DNA of 64,000 nt from Bigelowiella natans CCMP2755 (lineage: Eukaryota; Protista; Cercozoa). How positions within the stretch are numbered: position 1 is the first letter of the stretch; each line of letters starts with the position of its first letter. The stretch is from positions 38,118-102,117 of the forward strand of contig ADNK01001573.1 in NCBI GenBank assembly GCA_000320545.1, written 5' to 3'. The notes beneath the pieces are model-generated. The model made no database searches, had not been told where the DNA came from, and saw only the letters and a program-made list of their open reading frames with translations. The position numbers and the translations under genes are program-made. Positions 22,899 to 39,184 of this stretch are shown here, in pieces.

Positions 22899-23629
22899 GA
22901 GTTATTTTACATAGGTCTATTGTATGATATGCAGGTAAACAGGCTATTAGCTAACCGGAGAACAATTGCCATCGTCATTGGAGGGGAGGCTGAAGGTGGT
23001 CCAGTTATGATATTATAATGATCCTTTATCATCTCAGTGAGTCAGTCAACAACTCACACAGTTTACACCCCTCAGACGCATTTTGAGGGGAGGAATATCT
23101 ATGCGAAATATAACACTGCAAATGTATAAGTTGTTTATTTGTGTATTCTGTTCCTAAACTGCCAGTGTTGCAAACTGAGAATTCGAAAGAAAAAGTGGTG
23201 ATACTTGGGCGATATGGGTAGAGCATATTCATCTACACTTGCTGCTGCTGCTGCTGCTGTTGTTGACACATCAACATCATCATCATCATCATCATCATCA
23301 TCACGATAATGGCGAACAATGATAATGATGAAGCTTCATGAAAGACAAGAATGTTGAACAATATATCAAAGATTATTAGCTCTTAAAGAAGATATTATAT
23401 GTGGTTAGAAGACAATTGTGCCTTGATTGTACGTGTTCCCCTTCCTCCTAATAATAATCTGTGTCTGCGCCAACACCAACAATAACCATAACAACGACAA
23501 CAACAACAACAATAATGACAACCTTTGCTGGTCCTCCCCCCCTCCCTCCTTCCCTCCCTCATCAGCTTTGTAGAAATGGCATTCAAGCATGGGGCTAGCT
23601 TAGGTTTGTTCACCACTCAACCATATCTA

Positions 23630-23675
<46 letters not shown>

Positions 23676-24952
23676 ATCGAGCTGTTGTCTCTTCCTGTGA
23701 GCTTATAAACTAAATAGCAACGTACTTATGTACTTACGCTACAATCATCACCACAGTGCCTACATACTCATTTGGTGTAAACGACACTTTCACCATCGAT
23801 AAGACATCCGGTAATATGTTTGTGAGTGTGTGTTTTTGTTTGCGTTTAATCTCTCAATTATAATATTGTTTGGGTGTGAATAAATTGGTGCTAATGATGT
23901 CGTTTACGTCTCTCACACACCACTAAACAATCATATAGAAAGACAATTTTCATCTCGTGGCCTCCATTTGCTTCTTTGTCTCAATGATCACAACATTTCA
24001 CTGATCGTTGTAGCGTGCCTTGAAACATTTAGCCAAATCCACATCGCAAATAACAAGAATTAGTTTTTCATCTCGTATCTTCTTAAATCATTCATTGCAT
24101 AATACGATCACATCATATTCCAGTCGTCACTAATAATATGCGACGTATCATCATGCACACATCAAACGACAATCGTGTCACAGGTTTTTGGATTCGAAAC
24201 AAAATCCAAAGGATGTTTAAGTTAGCCATTCCAATATTCTGGGGGCGGTGGGGTACTTCCATGCCGCATAAGAAACAAGTTTACTTCGCAGTTGGCAAAC
24301 CAATTGATGTACGATTGATGACTAACACCGCCATCACCAATAACTTCTAATCAAATCAAGCTCTAGTTTTTATGCTAGTATCACTATGATCTGAATGGGG
24401 TTTTTAGTCAATCTTCCTCGTCTGCTAACAAAATAACAATAATGATGATGTTTGATAGTAATAACTCGAATTTATGTCCGTTTGTTGTTCTTCGTTTGAT
24501 GTTGTACACTGTTGTTTCTGTCTATCTTGGTTGCAAAGATCCCACCTGGAAAAGGTTTGGACGGAGATGGTAATCCGGACCCTCAGTTTGTTGCTGAAAT
24601 TCACAAAAAGTACGTGAGTGAGAGAAGCAAGGGAGAGTTGAGGAGTAGATGTTCTAAGAATTGATGCAGTAAGTAGTTGTCAGTGGGTAGAAGAAGGAGT
24701 GGTAACATGTATGTGAAAGAAACTATCATCCACAAAGACCGTTTTTATCCTCCTTCTTCTTCTCTTTCCTCCTTCTTCTTCTCTTTCTTCCTCATCTTCA
24801 TACACACTTTTACTATTCATCATCATCATCATCATAAAAACTCTACCGGTATCTGTAGGTATATTGAGGCGCTGAAGGACCTTTTTGAAGAGCACAAAGC
24901 AGCTGCAGGCTATCCTGATAGGTCGATCATCCTTGTTTGTTTTGGCTACTAA
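21232..24952 (+). CDS. DGAT2: Diacylglycerol/monoacylglycerol O-acyltransferase, DGAT2 (DAGAT) family, multi-exon
   Basis: N-terminal TM segment, then KHYIFGIHPHGIFG (HPHG motif, ~22000), GHVDASRKN|VNRLL..IAIVIGGEAE, ILGRYG|FVEMAFKHGASL|VPTYSFGVND, PIFWGRWGTSMPHKKQVYFAVGKPID and YIEALKDLFEEHKAAAGYPD. Confidence 0.9.
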
Positions 24953-25299
24953 TTAGCCGTGAAAGAGACTCGTTCATACACGATTTTGAACCATTAAAAT
25001 GAGCATTGTGGGCAAGGAGCAAAGCAGTCCGAATGCGTGTAATATTGAAACGTCTTCCCTTTTTTGCCTCATAATTCGTCAGGCAACTTGAATTCCTAGA
25101 GGCTCCAAAGAGGAAAAAGAGAAGAAAATTCATCTCTGAAATAAAGAAAGCAGCATAGTGATAACTTATTTGTGCAATAACGTTACAGCACAAGCTAGAC
25201 AAGCTATATTTATAATATTGAATCCAAGAGATCAGAACAGGGTGACAGCCGCATAAGTTCTACTGCTTGCTGTTTCTGACTTTATTTCTATGATACCTG

Positions 25300-25620
25300 C
25301 TAGAATATAGAACGCTACGTACGAAGTCCTGTGTGTAGGGGTGTATCGGTGCTGCTGCTGCTATATCGGCTATGCACACGTGCTTGTCTATCGTTTAACA
25401 CCACGGGTAGCGACCGTTCTGCTTCGCATCGGTGTGCTGCTGGCACTTACTAGCTTACATTGTATTATGCCTTGATTGTTAACTATAACTTCAAGTCTAG
25501 CTACAGCGGCGGTTGAATACATGCGTGTAGCATGCATGTACAACGCGAACAACGCATCCACTACTTTGAATGCACGGTTAGCTTGTAGCTAGAGTTGAAG
25601 GGCCACAACAGTGTGTCGCA
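25300..25620. repeat. Palindrome-rich island 3 (convergent gene junction)
   Basis: tctagctac, tagcatgcatgtac, gcacacgtgc and tagctagag between the DGAT2(+) and histidine phosphatase(-) 3' ends; weaker than the other islands. Confidence 0.55.
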
Positions 25621-25704
25621 ATGATGTAATGGCTGATTTCAAAATCATAGCGCAGCGTATAAGTATTTTACTAATGACTTCTACTGCATGGATTATGAGC
25701 GTCA

Positions 25705-27244
<1,540 letters not shown>

Positions 27245-27441
27245 TGACGTGCTCAATACATCGAAGTCGTACAATTGTAAAAATTATCAACATAATTATT
27301 TTCCCTCTGCATTGGACATCCTGCGACAAGGTCTATCTTGATGTCGTAGATGAATAATCGCCTTGGATCTCAACACATCGCCGCTTGCAAACCCCTTCGC
27401 GGCAAATTCGCCACTGCCTCTTCGGAACCCCTCGATTCACA

Positions 27442-28221
27442 ATGTTCATGAAAAGATGGCTAGCCTCCTCAAAGTCTAAGAGGAGGCGGGAGCGTAGGTA
27501 GGAAGTTAAGACAATGATTTTAGCATGTTGCGAGCGAACTGTTTGTTTATTTAAATACCTGCTGTGTTGCTCAACAGACTCGTCCTTGATGACGACGATG
27601 AATCACAATCTGATTCAGAGGATGATATCCCGTTGGCCCAGCGAATCAAAAGACTTCGTTCTAGAGACGGAAGCAGGATTATTCAATGTAGAGAGAGTGA
27701 ATACTTTCTCCAAAAAAAAAGAGAGTTTGATTTCCACTTTTCACATCATCTTGTTTAACGAGCAAAGGGAGAACTCATCACTCGATCTTTTTATTTGCTC
27801 CAAAGCCCGCAAACCAGTAGAGCGGGCTGCATCTATCTCGTCGCTACCGCTTCCTGTGTTAGAAGAAATACTCTCGTATCTTGAAGCAAGGGATTTAGGA
27901 AGAACAACAGCTGCCTCACGCTTGGTAGTAAATCATTTACTGAAACACCCTGGAAACATAGCTGTCATTATTTTCGAGATATTGAGCTTTATTAAAACGA
28001 TGCAATGATATATTTCAACATTTCAAAGAGTGTCGTGTATTATACATTATTTAGATGCGGACTGTCTCCGGAAGGGATAACCTTTGGCGAGACATCTGCA
28101 ACAGGGAGTGGCCTTCATCTCGAAATCTTCCTGTATATTTTTGCGGTAAATACGAAACGCAATATTCTTGACAACCCAGCCGCAGCCATTTGACAATAAA
28201 ATTCTATGATGGATGACAGTA

Positions 28222-28265
<44 letters not shown>

Positions 28266-29463
28266 AAAGAGAGAGAGGGGGGGGGGGGGGGGGGGCTGTT
28301 TGGCACAATTAAAGCAGTATCCTATGTATTTGCAGGCAAATTGCGAATGTATTATACTAGAAGAAAGAATACTGTGGCGATTGGTAATGAAATAGTTTTC
28401 TGTAGATAAGCTTTCCTGTTGACAAGATGATAACATTCCATAGCAAACGCACGAAAGGAAAATTTAGGAGAGTTGCCCTCGCGTTCAAGAATGAGGGACA
28501 GTGTGCACATAATGGTCGATCTGGTGGTAAATAATGTCAAACGGCGATCATCCAAACCAGTGAGTTTGAATGTAATTTCCGAGGTGATCCATTCTATTGG
28601 CTATATCTTCAGGTTTTTTTTTAAGCAATTTATGTACAAACAGTGTTTTTCTACCCAATGGCCATCATCGTCCCACGTCATATTCCAGAAGGAATTCGAA
28701 AATAAACCGGAATTGTGCAAAGTGAATATGTTGGATATGTGGAAAGCCCCTATACTTTCAAGTTAAGTATCATTTGTTAAATTTTACTGTAGCAACAGTC
28801 TAAATATTTTGGCCTTTAGTGCGTCTTGAGTGTACTGCAATGCGAGAGGGTGACGGAAGGGCCAGCTTGATACTATTGGCGAATGAGGTACAACAATCAT
28901 CTTATTGAAGAGCTGAAAATAACAAGATGTATATATTCTAGGCAAAATGGGCATTTCATGGCAACAATTCTTTCTGTCTAGTATTCGAACAACAGAAGCA
29001 GGTTAACAATGGTTCTTTCAGTTGCCTTTTTGCACGAATGAAACTCAGAAATATATGTAGGTACGAAGAGGGACTAGGAAGGCCTTCACACTGCGTATCA
29101 GAGCCTCCTACGGGGGATTGGATCATAGACGACGTCGAAGCGTTCTCATTCATCATATCTCTTTAAGTATTGCGGAGGGGACAACCTCTGGTCGGAGTAT
29201 TTCTTGGGAAGCTGGAGCTATTGAGTTTGACGATCTTCGGTGGACATGAATTGGTTTACAAAAGAGTAGTAGCGACCAACTTCGCTCACATTGAAATCCA
29301 TTTGTCGATGAAGCTTGGCGATAACAAAGCATTTAGAGGGATTGTTAACATTAGACTTGAGGCGGATGGAGCATGCACAGTCGACGCAGGGTGTTGTTTT
29401 GAATCGAAGATCCGATACCCGCTACCCGCTAGCCCCGTGCGACTGCGCATGCAGGGTATCTAG
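27442..29463 (+). CDS. F-box protein, multi-exon
   Basis: ASISSLPLPVLEEILSYLEARDLGRTTAASR|MRTVSGRDNLWRDICNREWP is a typical F-box. It has an acidic N-terminal exon (DDDDESQSDSEDDIPLAQR) and a C-terminal exon ending RLRMQGI*. Confidence 0.78.
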
Positions 29464-29682
29464 CCCACACATTTGGCGCTCGTACGCTAGTACGCTAGCT
29501 AGTTAGTGCGGTACTGCTACTCCAAATGCCGCGATATCCGTGCGCTCTAGCACTAGAGCACCTTGCGGTGCATGCATGCATGCGCGTTTTGCATGCATCG
29601 CGCAATTGAATTGTCTAGACAAAAGACATGGTGTACACTGTGCATATATATACAACATATGTATTACACCGTGACTGTCTAG

Positions 29683-29718
<36 letters not shown>

Positions 29719-30508
29719 CTATGTATAACATACACGTTGCATGCTAGCATGTGCATTCTAGCATTGTGCACCGTGCCATACGTGTAGCGTGTCTAGTGAC
29801 AGTCTGTGCGTAATGGCTTAGTCTAGCATTGCCAAAATCAAATCTAGCAATGTGGGATAATAGACATAGTAATAACATATATATTATATATATGATATTG
29901 TCTATAATTGGGTGGGCACACATGCATGCGCTAGACCGCATGCAGTGAAACTATACATGTGCATGTGCATGTGTGTGTGTTTGTGTGTGTGTGTGCTTTG
30001 CATTGTGCATCACATGCTGCACATTTTGCACAGCAGCACACACCTAAATGCATGCGTTCGCATCATCACTGTTGAAGGCGACACACTCACACTAGTGTAG
30101 CAACAATATGCCTAGACGCTAGCACGTGTGATGCGATTGTCATACACTGGCACATGCGATGCACGAGGCATGCATGCAACCTTCTAGTCTTCTCTGCTAC
30201 TATGGACTAGTCTAGATCTAGAGATCTAGCTAGTTCCAAGCTGGTAGGTCTAGAGGTGGCACTGCCCAGCGAGCAAATGGCTTCCTAGCTTTGTAGTCGC
30301 TAGCTAGCTCTATACTAGTAGAGCTAGCACGTAGCATGACACAACAGACATAGTAATAGCATGCACAATTGACGCATCGCAGATCGTTTGTACATGTGCT
30401 AGCTAGCTAGTCTAGTAGTGTGCTAGTGTGGTCGACAGCGCTGCTGCCTGCTGCTAGCCTGTGTAGCTGTCTGCTGGACGGATCGAGAGTCTTACACGTA
30501 CACGTTCT

Positions 30509-30544
<36 letters not shown>

Positions 30545-30558
30545 ATCTATCCATGTGT

Positions 30559-30596
<38 letters not shown>

Positions 30597-31700
30597 GAAA
30601 CACACCACACACAAAGAAACACACCACACACAAACATGCACACAAATGTCTAGACACATCATGCATCTACCACAACTGTGTCAATCCCGGTAACGAGTGG
30701 GTTTTGAACAAACTGTGCTTTGCGCGTGCGGCCTGGCGCGCAATTGGACATTGGAAGCACACTGGAGCCTGCTTGAGGTTCAAATTTGATTTTTTTTTCG
30801 AATTTCAGCTTGAAAACCTCATTTTTCAACGCCTGCCAGCGGGCGAAAATTGAAAATTTCTTGCCACTTTTGAACACGCTAGCGCATTTGCATTTGCGTG
30901 CCACAAGTTTTGCAAGCTCATGAGGGTGTGTGCACACTAGCTTCATTGTGGACGTGCGAAGTTTCAGCACACGCACGCAAAAAGCATGCATCTGCTAGCC
31001 TGGGCGCACATGAACGCGCAAATGTGCACTCAATGACTCTCAATTAAAAATTCATGCCATTCGTTACACATTTGATGCAGTTGTCACAGTCGTAGACATG
31101 CATGCATGTGCATGCTAGCACATGTACATCTCTAGGTGTCTACATAGTCTAGCTATATAGCTAGCTAGATCCAAATGTCTAGAATGTGTGAAATCGCGCA
31201 ACATTGTTTTTCTAGACGTTTGCATGGTGAGCTGCTAGACTGCGTGCCCTAGTGCCGTAATTGCAAGGATTTGGGCCATGCTAGCATGGTGCACATCTGA
31301 TGCACTGCACTAGTGTAGTAGCACTTGATGATCGCTAGATCGAATGCCTATTTTTCGATTCTAGCACTAGCTAGCTAGAGCACGTCACTACTCTAGATGT
31401 GACAATGGCCTTTGAACAGAATAAGGCATCGGATTACAGCACACATGGCCATGGGAATCGCATCGCACTAGTTTGTTGACTACAAGTGTGAACTTATCTA
31501 GTTATCCCCACCACGAAGCTTGCGCTGCCGCAACATCTAGCTAGCTAGGCATGGCTGATCATCATTGTATCTATTTTTTTACTGCAGTGGCCTCTATGTA
31601 CTATTACACGCTACGAACACAGCATCGTTCTTCAATCAATGCAGTGTGTCTTGACTGGGCATTGATCTATAATTTTGGAATTCATCACGCCTAATGCGCA
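29460..31700. repeat. Palindrome-rich island 4, the largest (~2.2 kb; convergent gene junction)
   Basis: Very dense ctagctag, tctagatctaga, gcatgcatgc and gtgcac words, starting at the F-box stop codon. Confidence 0.8.
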
Positions 31701-31709
31701 TGCAGACGT

Positions 31710-33119
31710 CATATCTTATTCCACTCTGGCAAGATCAGGTAGCAAGTAAGCGTCAAGGGGAAACCCAGCTGCAAGCTGTAACTAAACAAAGTCGTGGATT
31801 ACTTGAACATAATACACAAACCAAATCGGAAAAAATTCCATACCCTTTCCCTGTGTGACGTATCAATCATGCTGATGTCTTTCCCCATGATCGCCTGCAA
31901 CCTGCAAACATCGAGAACTCGCGTTGGCAACGAGCTGTGTGTTCTTTCTGGAGTTCCTGGTTGAAATGAGAGGTAGATCACGGAAGTTTCATTCTGTAAT
32001 CCCGGTGAAGCAATATGGGCTTGCGGAAGACCGGTGTATCTGTGAGCAAAGGCATGTTTTCGTTGAGTCTATTTTCTTACTTTTGCCCTACCTCAAACAT
32101 AAAATTTGCAGTTGTACTACATATTCTGATAATATATCGACGATAATCCCGGTTGATCCTCATTTCTACAGTAGAATGCATCCTGTTCGAATACCAAATT
32201 CATCAATTACAGAGTATAATACAGAGATTGATAGAACCCTTACCGATAGATGTTTCCGCACAAATCTAACTCCCAAATATTGAAGAACGCACGAAGACTT
32301 TACTTTTCTTCCAATTTTCTTTGTGCAATTTAGCTCACCGCTCTCGGTTTCACCGAAGGTATATATGAAGCTGATGTATGGTTTTAACGAGAACGACATG
32401 AGAAGTTTGATGAAGCTTCTATTCTAAGATATTTCTACCCGTTGGTGTTAAAATTTGAGAATGATGTCGAAGGGATAGTGATGCTCCCACCCGCATACTT
32501 ATAAGTGATCATACCCTCAGAGAGACTTGCATTATTGTATCTGTCAAGCATTGTGATAAGTCAATATGTATTAACAAGCATTCGCTCCTCATTGCGACCT
32601 AACCTATATAGCGTGGCTCTTGCTTCCATGGTAGTTGCGCTATCATTGGCACTATTTTTTTCAACAAGGATCTCCGCCGTGAACCTTCAAGTTTAATCGT
32701 TGAATCAATTGTCTGCTTTGGCATTATCCAAGGACCTTTCCGTCCGTGTATTTTAAGAGAATTTAACAAAGATCTCACTCTGATGGAATCGGATTTGGAA
32801 CAATATCCTTAGAAGGCTGCTCGCTCCCGCAAATAAAGCCATACTTTCGAAAAAACAAATATAAGTTGAAAATATTAAAATGGTTGGGCAGGGAGGAGAG
32901 AAAAAGTAAATTGCTTTATGTAACGTGTGTAACGAAAACTTCGGCACGAGGACACGAAATGCGAACTAGATTGATGTTTTCTACCTTTCTGCAGAGTAGA
33001 GGAGGAAAAGCTGGAGGCGGTGGTAGCTCATTCTCACCGTCATCGTTGATGGCGCAGGTATCTAGCACTTTATATGCTAGTAAGAGCAGTGTGGCGGTCG
33101 AGACCGGTGAAGGAACCAT
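31710..33119 (-). CDS. Hypothetical multi-exon protein with possible N-terminal signal peptide
   Basis: MVPSPVSTATLLLLAYKVLDTCA... followed by a GT donor, then further complex ORF segments bounded by splice sites (e.g. 31981-31799). No recognisable domain; exon structure uncertain. Confidence 0.45.
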
Positions 33120-33889
33120 TCGATCAGTTGGTGGCTTGTTCTCGTGAAGTCCTTTCGGAATTTACGTGTGAAGGGACATAGAAACTTCCATAACAGAGGC
33201 TATTTTATTCATAAGACAACTAATTTCTCAGAAGATAAAAAAAATCGTTCTGAACTCGGTATCACATGCGTCGAAAGGTACGGTAGTGAATGTTGGACAC
33301 ACTAAACCTAAGGCAGTATGATGATACGACAATATTCTAGTCTAAGGCTTTGTAAACAAAAAAGGGCAATAAATCCACCCTGATTAGTTCGTACGACTTA
33401 GAATGTTTATTGTTGCTACTAAGTTTTTGATTTTAAATTTAAGAGGGTACGAAAAATTAAATTTGATTTGTGTTGTCGGTCAAGATTAACGGCTCTTGGT
33501 GGAAAGTTTGAATACTAAATTTGGCTACGATTTTGGCAAGTAAATGTGGCGATATTTCTCGGCGAAAACAGATGAATTCATGTCGCTTGATTATAAATGG
33601 ACAAATTTCGCTTGTCTACTATTCAGCTCGACGCTATCAATAAATCGCTCTACTCTTTCGCAAATAGTCTGATGTTACATATTTGCGACAAGGATATCTG
33701 AGATTATTTATCGGAACTAGCATTAGTTCTTGGAAGCTGAAGCCAAAAACCTCTGAAACTAGTTCTGAAGCTGCTCAGTCCTTCTGGGAAGCCCTGTATA
33801 TACTCAAAGAGACGGAGGGATAGAAAGATAGAGTGAGTGAGAGAGAGAAAGAGAGACAGAGAGAGAGGCCGGCAGAGCAAAAAGACATT

Positions 33890-34204
33890 ATGGATACCAA
33901 GGCTTCTGTTAAGGTACTTTAAATAAGAATACATCGACTTGCTTGTTTCTTTTTCAGAACATGCATGAATTTAATTCCAACTTGCACATGAATGAATGAG
34001 CTCACTTCGCATATTATTGCAGCATAGACATTATAGTTTTCTTACTACATCAACTGAATCGTGCATCATTTTGATTATGATTCCTAGGTTTGTGTTCGTA
34101 TTCGACCCCTGGTTGCCCGAGAGGAGGCAGAAGGATGTCAGGTTGTTGTTGTTTAGGAGCGATTTATCAATGGAAATATAAGTTTGCACAATCAAACCCA
34201 TAAC

Positions 34205-34257
<53 letters not shown>

Positions 34258-34763
34258 AATTAGGAACGACTCGATGCCTTGAAGGAAGAAAAACAGGTAA
34301 TTCAATTATAATAATAAGAGACATTGGTAATGAGGATTTTACGCAGATGATGAAAATACATGGAAACGTGGTATGTTTACATATTGATCAGATCACAGTC
34401 CGAGACACAAGCAAGAGATTTGCTTTTGATTACGTATTGGGAACAAAGTAATGATAGATCTTGCGAAAACATTTGCGACTTCACATTTTAATCATTTTAA
34501 TCGATGCTTACAATCGTCTTAATCTGAAAGCGATGGGTTTTGTGTCTCATCAGCTCGAGTCAGAGTGAAGTTTATAGCTCATGCGTTGTTCCCCTGCTGC
34601 AGAGCGCACTTAAGGTTATTCATCTAAATAATCGATATCGTTATCGAATACTATCCTCGTATTTTAGAACTACTATTATTTTGAATAAAGCTTTAACGCC
34701 TACTATGATATCTAATTATCCAGGGGTACAACTCTACGGTACTAGCTTATGGCCAGACAGGGT

Positions 34764-34795
<32 letters not shown>

Positions 34796-34955
34796 CCTAT
34801 CCTATGCCCCTTCTTTAACACCAGCATTCTTGTATTTGCTATCCGTTGAATGTATACGCTCTTTCCATGTCCCCGCATCTTGATTTTTAGCTCTGGGAAG
34901 ACCTTCACTATGGGATCCGAGGTATATTACACACACACACACACACACACAAACA

Positions 34956-35003
<48 letters not shown>

Positions 35004-35611
35004 CTTGTATGTATGTATTTATGTATGTATGTATAGCATTTAAAAAAAATAAATATAAAATTAAGAGTTGATGTGTGCAAAATGAATAAAAAAAGACATG
35101 TTTGTACTGATGCATGTGTGTGTAACGTTATGACCTTTAATCTTTGGTTTTCTTGTATTGTCTTTTCCAATTCTCGCATGAATGAGATTGATGATGATGA
35201 TGATGATGATGATGATACGTAAGGTCAAAGACTGTGTGGAAGGTCATCCTAGTGCGGGTGTGCTTCCTCGACTAGCATCAGACCTCTTTAAGTCCTTAAA
35301 CAGTAAGGCCAAGTCAAACAAAGCATTCAAGTATCGTGTGCAGGCATCATACCTCGAGGTGAATAATCATATTGTACAGAGCACTAAGATTGAAAGTGAT
35401 TATAAATTTAGTCGTCATTAGTATTAAGTGAAGTGAGTTGACATGACTGCCAACCTACTCTACCAGATATACCGAGAACGAATCAATGACCTTTTGAAGC
35501 CCTCCGACGATAAACTCGCTATTAGGTGATATATAGATGCCCATCCCCAATAGATAAATACGATAGTGTCATATGGGGACAGACATCCCACTCAATTTTA
35601 TCATTTGCTAA

Positions 35612-35643
<32 letters not shown>

Positions 35644-37189
35644 CATTTATTTACTTATACACATATTTGTATGTGTGTGCGTGTGTGTGGCGTGTTTTAG
35701 GGAAGACTCTGGGCGCGTGTACGTGGCTGGATTGCATCAACAAGTGAGTAAGGATGAAAAACATACAACGCCTCATCGAACTTTTCTTCCAGCTCATTTG
35801 ATCCTTGTTATTATCATTCATTATTATTAAAATTGTCATTATTTAAAAATCTATCATTAAATATACGAATGTAAATGCTCTTTCTGCGTTGTTGCAGCCT
35901 ATTGAATCCGTAAAGGAGCTTGTTGATTGTCTTCAGAAAGGAGCTCTTTCCAGGTGAAAGGAGAGAGATTATATGATGACGATGATGGTGTTGATGATAA
36001 CCGGATGCACAGTTGGTTTTATTATTGATGTTGCTTATACTGTGTTGCTGTTTTGGAACATGCTAATAATAAGTTTAAAAGCGATGTTCTTTGAAAATCG
36101 AATAGAAGCTTATTCAGTTTTCTGAAATCAACATTTTCCACTACATGATGTGATGATTTTCCTCCTAATATTCTTATTACTTGTGTATTTTTTTGATTTG
36201 TTTCTCCTCATCCTATTCTCTGTATTATAGGTCTACTGGCGCTACTAAAATGAACTCCAGGTAATAACTACTATTTCTATTGTTGTCTTATTTACTGTGA
36301 TTGATTAAAATATGATACCCCCCCCGCCCTCTCCCTTTGTTGTTGTCGTTGTCTTCCAGGTCCTCTAGATCCCACGCCATTTTCACCTTGCAGCTAAAGC
36401 AATGGGTTGAGGGAAGCAGCGACGGAGAAGAAGGGCAAGGGCACTATTCTCACGAAAAGGAGAACAAACCAAAAGAAAACAACGATACCAATGGAAAAGT
36501 AGGACAAGACGGCGATGAAAATATTTTGAAGGCAGGAATGTCAATGTGTTCTCAGCTGTTTCTTGTGGATCTTGCTGGCAGCGAGGTAGGTATATATATG
36601 ATGGAAAAGGAGGAGGAGGAGGAGGAGCACTAATAATACACCAACGTGTTGATGGTTGATGACAATGATGGCTTGTTTGTTGATTCTAAATTTAGATCTA
36701 TCTACTGCTACTATTGTGACTACTACTGTTATGGCTGCTGTTTTTGTGACGATAACCAAACAAACGATATGTATCTTCAGAGAGCAAAGAAGACAGGGGC
36801 AAGTGGAGCTCGGTTGAAGGAAGGAATAAAGATCAATGCAGGACTTCTTGCTCTGGGAAATGTCATTAGGTAGAACTTTAGGAAGTAGTAGCAGTAGTAG
36901 TAGTGTGCTTTATTGCTTGGTGTCAGAAGAGTATTATCAATGAAGATATAGATTATGATACATCGGCCTTAATTTATTCCTTTATGCTTCACTGCCATGG
37001 ACAATCCAATCATTGATGATTTCTTTACATTAAAGCGGTTGATTGATTGAAAGACAAGTACGTGAACAACTTATGCTGATTACAACAATCATTAGCATCT
37101 TGGGAGATACGAAGAGGCGAGGCAATGTTCATATTCCCTACAGGGATTCTAAGCTAACTCGCCTCCTGCAGCATGCGCTGGTAGTAACA

Positions 37190-37250
<61 letters not shown>

Positions 37251-39107
37251 TGAATTTGGTGAAGTTGAGGGATTGAGTAGGTTCTAGATGGAGGGAGTCG
37301 AAATATGGTTATGATCTTACCTCACAGACATCGTAATCATGATAATTGTCATTAATCAGGGTGGCAATAGCCAGACATTGATGATCGCTTGCGTCTCTCC
37401 AGCTGATTCTAGTTTTGATGAAACTATCAACACGTTGAGGTAGTAGTAGTTAATCCTGATGATAGCCACGTAGTCCATTCCTTGGTTATCGAGCACTACC
37501 TGATTCAAAAATGCCCTCTTCTCATCTTCCTCCTCCTCCTCCTCCTCCTCCTTCTTCTTCCAGATATGCTTCCCGTGCACGCAACATCCAAAACACACTC
37601 ACACAGAACGTGGACAATGAAGCTGAAGAAGTTGCTAGTTTGAAGAGAGAGGTATACGATGACCTTTTGCTCGTTATCTTGATCATTATAACCGCTACCT
37701 ATTATCAATAGAACAGGCGTCAATTCCTACTGCATACACAAACACACGTTTCTTTTTCTTCTTATTCTTCTTCTTCTTTCTTCTCATACCTTCTTCATAT
37801 TTTTCTGCCTCCTCATCGTTCACCCGCTCATTATTATTATTCTGGCTGATTTCCTTATTATTAATTATTATTATTATTATATTTATTCGTAGGTTCAAAG
37901 CTTACGACGAGCTTTGTCGGATGCGCTCTCAGGTAGAGGCATGTATGGCATGGAGTCTTCTTCCTCTTCAAAGTCAGGCGGCTTGTTAGCCGCTGCTTCC
38001 TACGTATCGAATATGGATAAGGCAGCAGAGCAAAAATTGAGGCAACAGATCACCAAAGTAATCAATCATTCCATCGATCGATAAATCAATCAATACTTCT
38101 TTCTTAACCCAACAACTATTTTGACAATTGAGTATATGCGTTTTTCTTACTCTATTATCGTCATCACTATCTTTGCACATACTTCATTTCTTGAGGAGTG
38201 CTAATGGCTCCTGACTAAGGAGTGGATAAATCACAATATATTGATGCATTTGTTTACGAATGCTCTTTCATTGAATTAGCTTACCATCGAGAGAGATCAA
38301 TGGAGGCATCATGCTGAGAAAGCGACAGGTTGCAGTAGTAGTAGTAGCAATGATGGCAAAAAGGAGGAGGAGGTTGGAAATGATGATGAAGGTGGAGATT
38401 TCAAGATAGGAGTGGGTGTTGTTGCCGAGCAAGCTGCCAAGATATCAACATTGGAACAAGAAAACGAGAAACTTCGCCATCAAGTAGAGCTCCTTGTTAC
38501 CAACGCGGGCTTGGATATCGAGGCAGAGCAGCAAGGAGTGACGTCATGGGATTTCGAGACGGCTAATGATGATCAACCTGACGAAGCCAGCAGCACTTCC
38601 AGTAGTCCTCAGGCTCCTGATGCTACTACTACTGCTGCTGCTACTAATGAGTGCCCTGAGAAAAAGAAACTTCAGGTCAAAACGAATTACATCACATTAC
38701 TGACTAACAAGAGCTACGGCAGATACTGCGCTGCTGCTGCTTTTGGTAGATAAATTATCAATGGTTTGTGGTGTGAGTGCTCCGACAGAGTTGTCGCAAA
38801 CATAAGCATGTTTACTTATCTCTTCCACTCGTCAAAATATCAACAAATCGTTGATTCTTAGCTGAATGATACGTGACGTCACAGCTGTACGATGCCCTTA
38901 TTTTACTGAGATTTGCTGTAAATCTACCTCTATTATGTTTGTTCAAAACATTGTAGGCAGAAATGGAAGAATTGGCAATGCTCGTAACCAAGAAAGCTGA
39001 GCAATTGAGGTGTATACTATCACTGTATCTCGTTGATAATTTATCTCTCACTTATTTTCCGTGAGTAGAACAACTACAGCACACACACACACGCACTCAT
39101 TCACTCG

Positions 39108-39145
<38 letters not shown>

Positions 39146-39149
39146 TAAT

Positions 39150-39184
<35 letters not shown>

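Noticed and set aside
30680-31030. MITE/non-autonomous DNA transposon within island 4
   Set aside because: The sequence is more complex than its surroundings, but I could not identify terminal inverted repeats or a TSD.
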